Source of the DNA: Camelus dromedarius
Lineage: Eukaryota
Reading direction: 5' to 3'
DNA: 64,000 bases
NCBI RefSeq assembly: GCF_036321535.1
Contig: NC_087437.1
Location: forward strand, 4,774,001-4,838,000
Position numbers and translations under genes: made by a program. Positions 12,865 to 25,642 of this stretch are shown in pieces (positions within the stretch are counted from its first letter, which is position 1; every line of letters starts with the position of its first letter). The notes under the pieces were generated by a model. The model made no database searches and was not told the DNA's origin. It worked only from the letters and a program-made list of their open reading frames with translations.

Positions 12865-15720
12865 CTTAAGTTGTTAATTTTAGATCTCTGCTTCTTTTCT
12901 AATGTATGTGCTCAATACTGTAAATATCCCTCTATACGCTGCTTTTACTGCATTTCACAAATTTTGATAAGTTGTATTTCATTTAGTTCAAAATATTTAA
13001 AATTTTCTTTTGGGGTTTCTTCTCTGACCCATGTGTTATTTAGAAATGTGCTGTTTAATGTTCAATTATTTGGGCATTTTCCAATTCTCTTTCTGCTGTT
13101 GATTTCTAATTTAATAGTATTGTGATCTCAATGCAGACATTGCATGATTTCTGTTCTTTAGAATTTGTTCAAGTATGTTTTATGGCCCATAATTCAATCT
13201 TGGTGAACATTTCATGCAAGCTTGAGAAGAATGGTGTTCTTGGATAAAATAGTCTATAGACATCAATTATATCCAGCTAATTGATGGTGCTATTGTGTTC
13301 AGTTGTCCTTACTGATTTTTCTGCCTTCTGGTTGTTTCCATTACTAGAGAGGTGTTGACGTCTCCAACTGTAATAGTGGATTCATCTATTTCCCCTTGCA
13401 GCTCTGTCAGTTTTTGCCTTATGTGTTTTGACGCTTTATTGTTAGGCACATGCATTTAATGATTGTTGTATCTTCTTGGAATTGACCCTTTTATCATATG
13501 TAATGCCCCTTGTTATCCCTGGTAATTTCCCTTGCTTTGAAATATGCTGTCTGAAATCAACATAGTTACTCCAGCTTTCTTTTGATTAGCGTTAGTGTGG
13601 CAAATTTTTCTCCATCCCTCTTCTTTTAATCTGTGTGTTTCTTTATATTGAACGTGAGTTTCTTGTAGACAGCATATGCTTGGGTCTTACTTTTCAGTCC
13701 ACTCTAGCATTCTGCCTTTTAATTGGTGCATTTAGGCCATTAACATTTAAAGGAATTATTGATACAGTTGGGTGTATGTGTATCATATTTATCACTGTTT
13801 TCTGCTTGTTGCTCTTGTTCTTTGTTCCTATTTTTGTCTTCCACTCTTTTTCTGCCTTTATGATTTAAATCGAGCATTTCAGGTGATTTTGTCTGAGATG
13901 GTCTTTAGTTTTCCTTCACTTTTGAAGGTCCCTTTTGTAGGATATAGGATTTTAGGTTGGTGGGGTTTTCTCACAACACTTTGAATATTTCACTCCACTC
14001 TCTTTGTGCTTGGTTTCTGAGGGGAAGTCAGATGTGATTCTTTGATTCTTTATAGGTAAGATGTTTGTTTTCCTCTGGTTTCTTTCAAAATTTTTTCCAT
14101 TATTGTTGATATTCTGCAATTTGGCTGTGATATGCCTAAGTGTGCTTTTTTGTTTGTTTGTTTGTTTGTTTGACATCCTCCTGCTTGGTGTTTTCTGAGC
14201 TTCCTGCTTGTGTGGTTTGGTGTCTGACATTAATTGGGGGAAATTTTCAGTCATTATTGCTTCAAATATTGGTTCTGTTCCTTTCTCTCTTTCTTCTCCC
14301 TCTGAAATTCCCATTACATGTATGTTACAACTTTTGTAGTTGTCTGACACTTCTTGGATACCTTATTCCATGTTTTTCAGTCTTTTTCTCTTTGCCTTTC
14401 TGTTCTGCGAATGTCTGTTGACATATCCTCAAGCACAGAGATTATTTCCTCAGCCAGGTCTGGTCTGCTGAGGAGCCCCGTCAAAGACATTCTTCAGTTC
14501 TGTGGCAATGCTTTTTATCTCAAGTATTTCTTTTTCTTTCTTCTTCAGAATCTTTCTCTCTCTGCTTTCATTGCCTATCTGTCTTGCACATTGTCTACTT
14601 TTTCCAGTAGAGACCTTAGCATATTAATCGTAGTTATTTTCGATTGCTGGTCTGATCATTACTACATGCTATGTCTGACTCTGGTTCTGATGCTTGATGT
14701 GTCTCTGCAAATTGTTTTTGTTTGTTTGTTGTTGCCTTCTAGTATGCCTAGTAATTTTTTGTTGAAAGCTGGACATGAGTTACTAGGTAGAGGAACTGTA
14801 ATAAATAGGCATTTGATAGTGGTGGTAAGGTGTGGAAAGTGAGAAATGTTCTATAGTCCTGTGGTTGGGTCTCAGTCTTTTCCTGAGCCTATGCCCTTGG
14901 ACTGCGACCTTCACAAGTGCTGCTCGGTCTACCCCACGTCTCTAGTGGGACAGGATGGCTCGAGGGGGCTGGAGTTGGGTGTTTCCCTCCCCCTGGGTCT
15001 GTTAGGCTCTGATAAAACCCCAGCAGGTTAGCTCTGGTAAAACAGTTTCTTTCGAGGCAGGCCTTCTGGAGAACACAATGCTCTGACTGCTTTTCCCCAC
15101 TCCCTGCAGGAAGCAGGAGGAACTGTATATAAAATAGATAAACAATAAGGTCCTACTGTACAGCACAGGGAACTATATTCAATATCTTGTAATAACCTAT
15201 AGTGAAAAAGAATATGGAAAGGAATATATGTGTGTATATGTATGACTGAACTATTATGCTGTGCAGCAGAAATTGACAACATTGTAAACTGACTAGACTT
15301 CAATAATAAAAAAAAAATTATAAGAAAAAAAAAAAGAAGCAGAAGGAGATTGTTCTCCAGTCTCACTGTGAGAACCTGGTAGAGCTCCTAGAGGTAAAAC
15401 TCACAGAACTGGGCACGCCCTTCCAAGACTGGGCCCTTCTGAAGTCTGTCACTCTCAGACATGTCCGCGCGGAGCCTCCAGCAGCTGCTCAGTTACTGTT
15501 TAGTTTTCCTGTGCCAGCACTGGTCCCACGAACGTTTCTCCTCCGCTAAGTGGTGATTCTCTGTAGACACCTATCTGTCTCTATAAGTTTTGGAGGCAGT
15601 GGTTTGCCCTGTAATCTCAACTCTCAGATATATCTAAGAATTGTTGGATTCCAGCTTGTTCAGGGCTAGGGTTAATTGTTAACATAGAGTGGCGACCTCC
15701 AGGCTCCCTAAATGCCAGGT
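12865..15720 (-). mobile_element. Old L1M element (ORF2/ORF1/5' remnants) containing a short younger plus-strand L1 tail at ~15122-15335
   Basis: ORF 13952..14350(-) resembles L1 ORF1p (NIHVMGISEGEEREKGTEPIFEAIMTENFPQL). The inner insert is flanked by GAAGCAG(G/A)AGGA. Confidence 0.75.
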
Positions 15721-15944
15721 TGGAAACCAGAAACCTCAGCTGTTTATTTTTTGACTTAACTTTCTTATTTATTAGAAAAACAGCGTAAGAAAACATTTGA
15801 AATCTCCGTAAGACGACCTGCCACGTTTTCACTTATTCACATTCTTTTCTGGTCTTTGTTCACACGCATGCATGTTTTATTGAGCTATTATCATTGTAAA
15901 CACAGACACGTTTTCATTATATGTTTGTTTAGCATAGCTATCTT

Positions 15945-16047
15945 TTTTATTTTAGTTTATTTTTTTCTGATGGAGGCACTGGGGACGGAGCTCAGGACCT
16001 TGTGCGTGCTCAGCACACACTGCACCACCGAGCTCTCCCCTCCCCCC
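15945..16047 (-). mobile_element. tRNA-Ala-derived camelid-type SINE (Vic-1-like)
   Basis: Reverse complement of the GGGGAGGG..AGCTC..GGTCCTG head with a T-rich tail. Confidence 0.75.
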
Positions 16048-18644
16048 AGCATAACTATCTTTTAAAATTTTGCTTGATGTTCCACCTGGTCTGTATACAT
16101 GTTCATAGCTTTCTTCATATTGGATATTGTTTGTTTCCAACTTCCATCTGTTGGGATTTCTTCTCCCGTTTCAGCTAGCTCCACTACTAAACACTGAGTA
16201 CTTTACATCAGATACTTTCATTTCCAACTAGTAGATGAAGAAGTTGAAGCTTAGTTGTGATAAATAACTTATCCAAGGTTATATAATAAGTGTCAGAGCC
16301 AGGATTTCATATCAGGTATTTTAAAACTCAGAAGCCCACATTCTTGATTTCCACGGTATGTGTCACTTCAGCTGACTTTTTCCTTCTTGTAAATGACTTC
16401 CTAAGATAAAGTCCCAGAAGCATAGTGTTTGTGATTCATAATACAGATTGTCAGACTTGTTTTTCCCAGTAAGAAATTACTTTCATTACCACTTTCCTAG
16501 TTTATTTTTTTCCAAATTTAATATTTTTAAATAGTACCCGTTAGTGTTTATTTTCGACATAAGTTCAAAGTCTTTCATAGTGTTTGTTTATGATGTGTTT
16601 TCTTCCTGTTTAAACGGGTTCTTGTTTGTGGCCTGTTTATAACTGTTGTCTTGATGTTTATATTTTGCATGTAAATTTTAATTTATCAATCTATTTCTTC
16701 TATTATTTTAACAGCTTCAAATTTTGGAAAGTTGTTTCATCAAATATCTGATACCCAATTATAATTTATTCTAGTTTTTCTAACATTCAATATTTAATTC
16801 CTGATTTTAAGTTTGCTTTTTATATGTGGTGTAAGGTGTTTAGACTTATTTCCAAATTCTTATTCAATCATCCCAATATCACTTAATCAGACTTTTCCTC
16901 TTGTTGTTCTGAGTGTAGTAACATAAACAGAATATATAGGCTTTAGCACACAGTTAATTTGGGCTAAATCTTGGTTCAAGATGTTGGTCTCCTTCAAGTC
17001 TAGGGGTAACCTCTTTCCAAAAAAGAGCTGGACCGTCTCCTCTGCTTTCCCCAAGTGCTGAGGAGTGTGGTACCGAGAGCTACCATGAAACAGCCCGAAG
17101 CTCCCCCCCACCCAGCCCCACACTCCCGTCACCACCCCAGGAACCCCAGGCCGGGGGACGTGGGCCCTCCCGCCCAGTAAAGCTGCAGGACACAGGAGAC
17201 TCAGCCAGATGTCTGCCCCGCCGAGGGTGCGGATAGAACAGGGCAGTGGCGCTTGTGTTCGTAACCAGGACGCAGCTACGGCTGAGCTGGGACCATCGCC
17301 AGCGGAAAAAGGGCGCACAACTAGTGAGCCATCTGCCCAAAGCAGAGGGGGACAACAATCCTCAGTGCCTCCAGGAGGAGCAACGGAAGTGGAGACACCA
17401 ACCGTTTCCCTCCACGTTTGCCGCGCATGTGGGGGTTGGTCTGGGAAGGTCACCGTCGTTCTTGATCGTGCACTGCCCTCTCACTGAACACATGGGCCAC
17501 TTGACTGTGCTGTGGGTCACCTACATCTTGCGGCCGTGCTGGGTGGAGAGCATCCTCCGCAGGTACTCAGAACCGCAGGCACCTGGACCCCTTGGCCGGC
17601 GCTTTGCTGTTTCCCCTTGGTGAGCTTGGCTGTGCCTCTCCCAGAACGTACTTCCTGGGCCCTCCGTGGGAGAAGGTGGCCGTTGGAATGTTTTCTCTAG
17701 TGCTGTGTTTCACTTCAGCTTCTTTCTTTTTATTGTTTCTTTTGCTCTTTGTGCTGTCATTCATTCTCATTGTCTCCAGCCCGTCCTAATAGGGTTGTTC
17801 TTTTGACTTGGGTGCCACGGCTCCTTGGTCTGTCACCTGTTCTCTCGTTCTCTAGTGTCTTCCTCCGGGGCGTCCTCACCGCCTTGTGGGCCCCTAGGTC
17901 TGGGTTTTCCCTCCTGAGCACTGGCAGATAAGAGCCCGGGGGTGATGGGACCCCATGTAGTTATGCTCCCCCACCAAACCCTGAGAGACGTTGTGTCCGC
18001 CATGCACTTAATATTCACCAAGAACCTCTACATCGCCCCCACCTCTGAGTACATCTTCCCTGGAAAACTTGACCTGTGGTTCGTTTCTCCATGTGCAGCC
18101 TTCAGGTCTTCATTCTCTAGAAGGTGGCTCTTCTGATGACTCTGATTGAAGGTAGTCTGACACGGAAATGGAGGGGAAGTTTCCCCAGGGCTTTGAAAAA
18201 CAGTTCTTTGCTGACACCCACTGAAGCTTGTTTTAGAGAAGTTGGTTTTCGTTATGGAGGATGGAGAAGGTACAGCCTAGCCAGAAGCCGTGAACGTTCC
18301 AGAAGAGGAGAGAAGTTACAGGTGCTCCACTGTCCTTCTCTCTCAAGACTGACAGACGGTGAGGACGCCTTGTCTGCGCTCCTTCCCTCCGTTGGGGTCT
18401 TTGAGCCACAGTTTAAAAGACTTGACTTCCTCAGCAATGCATGTTTGGCCCCCAGAGATTTCAGATATGCTTTTGAGAAGAAATCTGATACAAATTTGTA
18501 GAACATAATCGGAAGATTTTTCAGATTACTTATTTATATATAGATGTAATTAATTTATTTTCTACATGTTTATTTGTTCATATTATGTTATTACATAATG
18601 GATTATCTATTACTTCTATTTTATTCTTTTAAAATCAGGAACTT

Positions 18645-18827
18645 GGAGGGAGAGGGTAGAGCTCAGTGGTAGAGTGCGTGCTTAGCATGTACAAGGTCCT
18701 GGGTTCAGTCTCCAGCACCTCCGTTAAATACAATAAATAAATAAGCCTGATTACCTCCCCCCACCCAGATAAAACAAAACAAAATAAAGTCACCAGTTAC
18801 TTCCTTAAAGAAATGAAAATAATAAGG
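18645..18827 (+). mobile_element. tRNA-Ala-derived SINE (Vic-1-like)
   Basis: A/B boxes, CTTAGCATG anticodon arm and an A-rich tail, flanked by TCAGGAACT. Confidence 0.85.
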
Positions 18828-19144
18828 TCAGGAACTCTATGTAAACAAATGAAAACCAGTAACAGCCTTGTTCTACAGCGATGTTCCGGTGGAGGCAAAG
18901 ACGAGCACTGAACCCTTTAACCAACCTGGACCAGATTGTCTGCGGGAGGCTTTTTCCCCCCAAGTTGGAGTGTTTGGATCGTTTGCAGCTCATTTGCACT
19001 CAATATGTTGGAAATGCTTTGAGATCTGCCCACATTCTGTCAGCCCTGAGGGAGAGGGAGGGAAAGGCACGTGGGAAGTAAAGGAGGCTTCCTTTGACAG
19101 GAGGGAGAGAAAGACTCAGAACGCACCTGCCTTTGTCCCCTGCC

Positions 19145-19335
19145 CAGGGCTCTCCAGGTGACCCCAGACCGGGGACACCGGCACCACCGTCCCCTGGGAG
19201 CTTGTTAGGCAGTGCGTGTTCTATGGCCCGACCCAGACCTGCTGAGTTGAACCTTCTGGGCGTGGGGCCCAGGGGTCTGTATTCAAGCCCTCCAGGTGAC
19301 TCAGTGTCCCGCCCATGTTGGAGAGCCCCTGCTCC
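19145..19335. mobile_element. MER5-like hAT fragment
   Basis: CTGGGAGCTTGTTAG...CCCAGACCTGCTGA...GTGGGGCCCAG...AAGCCCTCCAGGTGA motifs. Similar fragments lie near 3225-3395, 25830-26110 and 29465-29680. Confidence 0.6.
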
Positions 19336-20719
19336 GGTCTGACCACCCAGACTCCCCCTTGGGCTGCTTTGAGTTTTTGTTTAGTTCTGCTGCAGCTGCA
19401 CAGAAGACACCACAGTGGTCTTTGAGGGTCTGACTGATCGGTTACCCTTGTCTTCAATGTGTGCTGGGAGGGCCGGAGCCGGAGGTGGGAGACCCAGTCT
19501 CCAGTCTGTTCTCACCGCTGACTAGCCCCGGAGTGCTTCCTCACCATGAAAATGGAACTTCGCCATCTGCTTCCTCTGCTTTATATGACAGGAAGAGGAA
19601 GGGAAATAGTGGATGTAAAAGTGGCTCGAAAACATTCACACGTAACAAAGTGCAACGTGGCAGCCAGGTAAAAATGTGTCCGTGTGGATCCTTTACCTCC
19701 CCCAGAAGCCCCCGCGAATAGTGCTGTAGTCAGCATGGCTGGCGGCGTCACTCTGCACGCCCAGCCCCGTCCGTGGGCGCATAGTGGCAGCAGTCACCGC
19801 ACATGCAGGACTGGAGATGTGGAAGTGCGCTAGGTCCGGGAGCACAGCGAATAAAAAATAGCTTCCATGAGACCCAGGTCTTTAAGATCAAATGTTTCCT
19901 GGGTTTTTCACTGTAGAAGAGATAGGCAAAGTGTTAGAAATGGCCGGGAGAAGGAAAGGAGGGGGAAACCACGCACTTAACTGCTCAAGAACCACCTGCA
20001 GTCATGGTGCTTGGGGCCGAGCCCTCCCAGGTTGGTGGTTCTCAGTTTGCCCACAGGGCGGCAGCAGTGAGCCGGAGGCGAACAGAGCCTGCGTCCCTTA
20101 AATACCCGGGCACTTCGGGGGCAAGTTTCGTCTTCAGTTGTGAAGACAATTTCCCATTCAAAGAAGAGGAAACTGGCATATTTAAGCTCAAGTGTCATGG
20201 TCCTTGGAGCGCCCATTCAGTGTCTTAAGAGAAATTACTGGGGTCTACAGAAAGGGGCCCCCGTCAGAGCCCTGGTCTACAGTCACACTGCTGTGAAGAT
20301 AATAGCTGGAATTTTTCTAAAGGAAAAATCACGGCCTGCAGTTCCTGGTCATTTACTCAGCTCAGCCTTGAACCTCAGCATCACCCTGAGCTGCCACCCC
20401 ACGGGTGCTTCCCCCTGGCACGACCCCAGGGGCATCGAAGCCTGGATGGTGGACGTTCGCTCGGAGCTGTTGGAGCTACAGCGCTGTGGGGCTTTACATC
20501 ATACCAGGCTGGGTCGTGGACCAGCTCACTTTAGCATCAACAGGGGCAGAGGCGGAGAACAGGAGGCTTTCTGGGAGATGAAGGTCTCCTTGGAGTCTCT
20601 GTAAATTCAGGTTACGTAAATTAGACGGAGCTAGGAGCTATTTCTCCTCCTCATGTAAAAGGGTTTAGACAAGAAAATCACAAAATCCTTGAGGTCAGGT
20701 TTAAAACTATTTGGAACTT

Positions 20720-20810
20720 GGAAGGTGGGGGTGTAGCTCCATGGTAGGGCATGTGCTTAGCATGCACGAGGTCCTGGGCTCAATACCCAGTGCCTCCATT
20801 AAAAAAAAAA
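20720..20810 (+). mobile_element. Short tRNA-Ala-derived SINE (Vic-1-like)
   Basis: tRNA head plus poly-A, with a degenerate TSD AAAACT(A/G)TTTG(G/A)AACTT. Confidence 0.85.
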
Positions 20811-21433
20811 AAACTGTTTGAAACTTCACAGCGTTTTTCTGGGCATCCTGTCAGATACATGGAGAAACGGATACCATGCTTACTGCTGATCACTTAGCCG
20901 CTCCCTCAGCTCTGCTGCACGGATTGTGACGTTTCCTCTGCCGACCAACTTATCCTGCCTCCTTTCCCAGTCACGGGGCTGTTATTCTCCCTGACAAGTA
21001 AGGAGTGACAAGATCTTTTATTAAAAAGATCAGTAGGTCTATATATAAAATGTTAAATGTATCTACTTGCCTCTGAAATTATCTTATTAAGAATACCTTA
21101 ATAACAATCCTTTCATTTTATTGCGGAAGACACTACTGTAATAGCCCAGCTAGGAAGGAAACACAGCTGACTAGCAAGCTGAATCATTTAGCAAGATGGA
21201 AAAAAAGAAGTTCCTTGTGTGCGAAAATATCTAGTGATTGACATGTTACCAAATTTCCACAAAATAGATTTCCACGTAATTTAGACTTTGATTTCTTTTC
21301 CTCACAGATCACAAGAACCTTCCTGATCAGGATTAGGTTGGGAGGTGGGGGGGACATTTTTCATTATGGAATGAGCAGCGGAGGCTTCCATAAGGCCAGT
21401 AAAAGACCAGGATGCTTATGTGAAGGTGGTGCC

Positions 21434-21535
21434 CAGCAGCGCTCCCCCAGCGGCACCCCCCCAGCGACGCCCCCCCAGCGGCGCCCCCCCAGCGGCGCTC
21501 CCCCAGCAGCCCTCTGCCAGCAGCGCTCTCCCAGC
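21434..21535. repeat. 14-bp GC-rich minisatellite, about 7.3 copies (CAGCGGCGCCCCCC)
   Basis: Units start at 21434, 21448, 21462, 21476, 21490, 21504, 21518 and 21532, an exact 14-nt period. Confidence 0.9.
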
Positions 21536-22025
21536 CGTACCCGGCTCCCTGTCGGTCCTGGAAGCCCTTGGCTTTCACTCTGCATGCCATGGGGAGTCAC
21601 TGGAAGATTCTGAGCGAGATTCTTGACTGGCTCAGGCTTTACCTGGATCTCACAGGCTGCTGCTCCAAGGAGATGAGGCTGGAAGAGGGTGGGGCCATGC
21701 AGGGGGTGCGAGGAGGCCCGTAAGGGGCCCCCTCTCTCTCTGACTTCACCTTCTGCCGCCGTCCCTGGTCCCTGGGCTCCGGCCCACCACTCTCCTTGCT
21801 GTATCTGGAACCACCCCAAAGGCTTCCACTCGAGCCTTTCGCCCGAGCAGTCCTCTGCCCGGAGCCTCTTCCCCAGGCGTCCACGGGCCTCCTCTCCCTC
21901 CTCCTTCAGACCCCACCTTCTCTCTCCCGAGCCCTTCCTGGCCACACTGTTTAAAATCAGTCCCCACCCACGCCAGGCCCCTCCATCTCTCTCTCTCCTC
22001 CTGATTTCCGTCTGACATCCTAGTA

Positions 22026-22500
22026 CAGGTCTTACCCACCTCACCATGGGGCTAAGTCCCAGTAAACTATCCTAAGTTGAAACTGTCCTATGTCAGAATG
22101 CACTTCATCCCCCTCACCTGCCGAGCATCGCAGCCCAGCCTCGCCCACCTCACGCGTGCTCGGAACACTTACACTAGCTGACAGCGGGGTAAAACCCTCT
22201 AACACAAGTCCTCTTTTATAGCAGAGGGTTGAACTTCTCATGTAGGTTATGAATACTGAGCTGAGAGTGAAACAGAGAACGTGTTTGGGTCCAGGTGGTC
22301 GTACATGTCCTGGTGGTTCGCCCTCGTGACCACGTGGCTGCCGGGACCGGAGGCTGCCGCTGCCCAGGCTGGGAGAGGGGGTGGTCCTGCACGTCCAGCC
22401 CAAGGGAAGGTCCAGATGCTAAATTCTGAGCAGTTTCCACTGAATACCGATTGCTTTTGCACCATTGTCACGTCGAACCACCCTAAGAGGGGACCGTCTA
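22026..22500. mobile_element. Tigger5/MER47-like DNA transposon
   Basis: TA-flanked. Internal GTGCTCGGAACACTTACA and terminal GTCGAACCA...GGGGACCGTCT match the family as recalled. Confidence 0.75.
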
Positions 22501-24351
22501 TAGCTGATTGCGTCAGTTTCCCCGTTCGTCTGGCGGGGGATGGGGGTGGGGATTCCACTCGCAAGGGCTGGGCGCCTTCGCTGCTGCATCCCTGGCGCCT
22601 GCACCCAGAGTCGGATGCACAAGGGCTTCCTGGCTCTGTCGTCTCCCGGCCCCCATCTCAGGGGCGCTAGGAAGCAGGATGTGGAAACACATGTCCACCT
22701 TCCTGTTGGGCCCTCCCTGGAGTGCAGTCTCACAGTCAGGTGCCCTCCATGGGCAGGAGGTCCATAGTTCCCTTTTCAGCCAGGGCACACACCTCAAGTC
22801 ACTGTTTTGTCTATGGTCCAGGCCCTGGCCAGCCCTACGGGAGGGTCCATTGCTGGATTTCCAAGATCCCCTGACTTCCGGGGCCCTGTCGCTCGCGGGC
22901 AGCCCCCTCCCCACTCCTGAGCCGGAGCCAGCACACTGCCACCTGTCCTTCCATCCTGATGCCTGAGACCAGCCCTCCAAAGCCCCCTCCTCTGCCTGGG
23001 CTGATCTTTCCCGAGAGAGACCCTGTGTGGAGCCCATGCAGAGGGAAAACCAGAGTCTGCAAATTCAGCTAAAATGCCTGCTATTTCCCCGCTCTTTGGC
23101 GGCGAGGGCAAACTGTGGTGCCTATTTTTATTACAGTGCCTCACTCTCTCCTCCCTCATTAAGCTTGCTGCTTTCCAGCGTGAATACCTACTCAAGTCGG
23201 CCTGGCCTCCTATTACGGCCCTGCCTCCGTTCCCGCAGGAATGACTGTCACTCACAGCTCCCCTCCCAGGCTCCTTTTGTAAATAATCTAAATTTATTTT
23301 CTCAAAATAGAAAGAAAGGTGATACCTTGCTGGTTCTGCGATTTCCTTGTGTTGCTTGATGGCACGGCCCTGAGATGTAAACAGACATAAACCAGCGGCG
23401 TGCAGTTCTTATCGGAGAAAGGAGGACACTGGCCTCCACTCCCAGCTCGGGGACCTCCCGACCTGCCTGCCCCGGGCCCTGGTCCAGCTGCTGCCCCACC
23501 ACCACCCCGGCCCTGTTTCCTCAGCTCTGCATGAGGCCACGGCCTTACGCTTTAGAGATTTTGTGACTGTGACTTTGAAGATGAACGTTTTCCCCGCAAA
23601 CCTCCCTGCGCCCCCATTGTCATCATTCTGAAACCAGAGATGGAAAGGAAAACGTATTTTGAGACTTTTTTAAGAGTTATTCCTTGCTGGTCTTCAGAGG
23701 CCAAATCCAGATAAAAAAGCTTATCAATTATATTTTTGTTCCTGCTCCAAAACTCGTGACCAGTCACTCAAAGGCCCCTTGTTCTCATTTTCACTCACTG
23801 TTTACAGCGTCCCCGAGGAATGGGGGCACATCCTGGGGCCCCAGTATTCAGATGGTACCTTTATTCCCTGGGGAAAAGGAATATAGTGAGACGGGGCAGA
23901 GTGGGGACGGGAGGGCACCACTTATTCTGAGAAGGATCTGAATTTGCAAGGCCTCACAGAGCATCTCAGGTCCGCGATCAGTTGCTGAAAATAATTATGA
24001 TTGCTTTTGTTTTGGGAAGCTTTGCATGCAGACTGCAGCAGCCCAGAGCGTCTGTGTTGAAATGCACACACAGGGGTTCTGAGTCAGACTTGGGCAGGGT
24101 GCATTTTCTCTGTAAAGAGCAGGAATATGTTCTTCCATTTGTCTCTGGTGTCTTGCCACTTAATTAGACTCCTGGGTGGTTGCTCAGCCACAGGAATTCT
24201 CCACAGGGCAGGGGCCTGGGCATGGCACACCACCTGCCAAATCTGTGTGCTGGGGAGGGGCTTCAGCTCGGAGGCCAGGCTGATTTTAAAGGAACTGGAC
24301 TGTTCACTCTAAAACACCTAGTAACACATAACTATTAGAAATTAAAATTCC

Positions 24352-24477
24352 GGGGGGGCAGGTACAGCTCAGTGGTAGAGCACGTGCTTAGCATGCACGA
24401 GGTCCTGGGTTCAATCCCCAGCACCTCCATTAAATAAAGGAACAAACAAACAAACCTAATTACCTCCCCTCCCCCAA
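24352..24477 (+). mobile_element. tRNA-Ala-derived SINE (Vic-1-like)
   Basis: Perfect 15-bp TSD AGAAATTAAAATTCC at 24337-24351 and 24478-24492. Confidence 0.92.
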
Positions 24478-25393
24478 AGAAATTAAAATTCCTATTCTTG
24501 GGAAAAAGAGGCACCTGGATGTGTCATTGTAAGTGACATGATTAACTTCTAGTCTCTTATAGTAGGAGCTACAATTGAGTTTACTTTCTGGAAAATTCGA
24601 GTTTACTTTCTAGAAAATTGCATTTCATTGCTGCAAAAGGATTTTTATTTCCAAACGACTGCTCCGAGTGTGCATTTTGGAGTCACAGAGACAGAGGTTG
24701 AGGAGGTGGTGGTGTGCAGTGGCAATCCTCAAATTCAAGGAGGGAGCAGGGAGTCCCGCGTTGATGGGGAGACTCCTTTCTAACTGTCCACAAACTGGCG
24801 TTTACGTAGAAGTCAGCAGTTGCTCTGCACTAAGTTAAAGAGCGCTGCGCTGGGTAAAGGGCGGCTTGCCCCCAAGATTCGTCACTAACCAGAGACACGC
24901 CGGGGGAGTTGTGGTTGATTCACCGGGTTTTTGTGGCCAGGACAGCCGAGCTGTATTATTAGGGTCACATAATTCCAGCTGCAGCATGTTTGTGTGTAGA
25001 GAGGGCAGTGCTGGGAGGTGGGCTGTGTCACAGGATCATGTAAAACCATCATTAGTACTGCCTGAATCTTAAGCTGCTGGAAGAGTGGGCAGTGACACAC
25101 TGCTGTCCTGCTGGGAGGAGAATCGTGGCAGACGCTGGGTCTGTTTTAGAAATGTGCTGAAACCAGACTGTTAGCACAGTGAGCCATTTTAGATGTACCT
25201 GGCTGCGTGTTTGGAGAGAACACAGATCTTTCTATTAGGAAGGGTAAACAAGCTCTCTGAGCTGCAGAGTCACTGCGGGTGAGTTTCCTCACTGGATTGT
25301 TGAAGCCCAGCTGCGAAAGTTCACCCCTGGATTCAGGTAGGATTCAGCTGTTTTCTCCTCGCCCCATTCCCTTCTAGGTTTTCGGTCTGCATC

Positions 25394-25642
25394 ATGTCTG
25401 GAGCCAGCCGGCCGCTGGCGCTTCTCCTCTGCGGCTGCTACGTGGCCGCCCTGGGGGTCCACACCGGTGAGCACTGCCCAGCCGAGCATCACCAGGCCGA
25501 CCAGTACGTGGCTGCCGTGTACGAGCACCGGTCCATCCTGAGCCCGAACCCTCTGGACCTCATCAGCCGCAGGCAGGCCTTGGAGCTCATGAACCAGAAC
25601 CTTGATGTATACGAACAGCAAGTGATGGCTGCAGCCCAAAAG
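25394..25642 (+). CDS. BTD: Biotinidase first coding exon (exon 2; exon starts at 25378), signal peptide plus N-terminus, 83 aa
   Basis: Polypyrimidine tract and TAG acceptor at 25375-25377, ATG at 25394. [21 protein letters not shown]...YVAAVYEH...QQVMAAAQK matches biotinidase. The donor is a non-canonical AAG|GCAAGA. Confidence 0.96.

Noticed and set aside
16887..18500. Cluster of 60-190 aa ORFs in BTD intron 1 as a nested gene or pseudogene
   Set aside because: No recognisable protein. The minus strand has only a faint resemblance to ancient L1/HAL1 ORF1, and the ORFs are explicable by high GC content.
21364..23359. Long overlapping ORFs (up to 227 aa)
   Set aside because: They cross a minisatellite and old repeats in GC-rich sequence, with no homology or splice structure.
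24352..24430. tRNA-Ala(AGC)-like sequences (here and at about 16.0, 18.6, 20.7, 35.7, 49.5, 59.6 and 63.8 kb) as tRNA genes
   Set aside because: They have extended G-rich 5' ends, A-rich tails and mostly TSDs, so they are SINEs.
25330..25345. CAG|GTAGGA donor just upstream of BTD exon 2
   Set aside because: It would define a 41-nt intron, too short for normal splicing.
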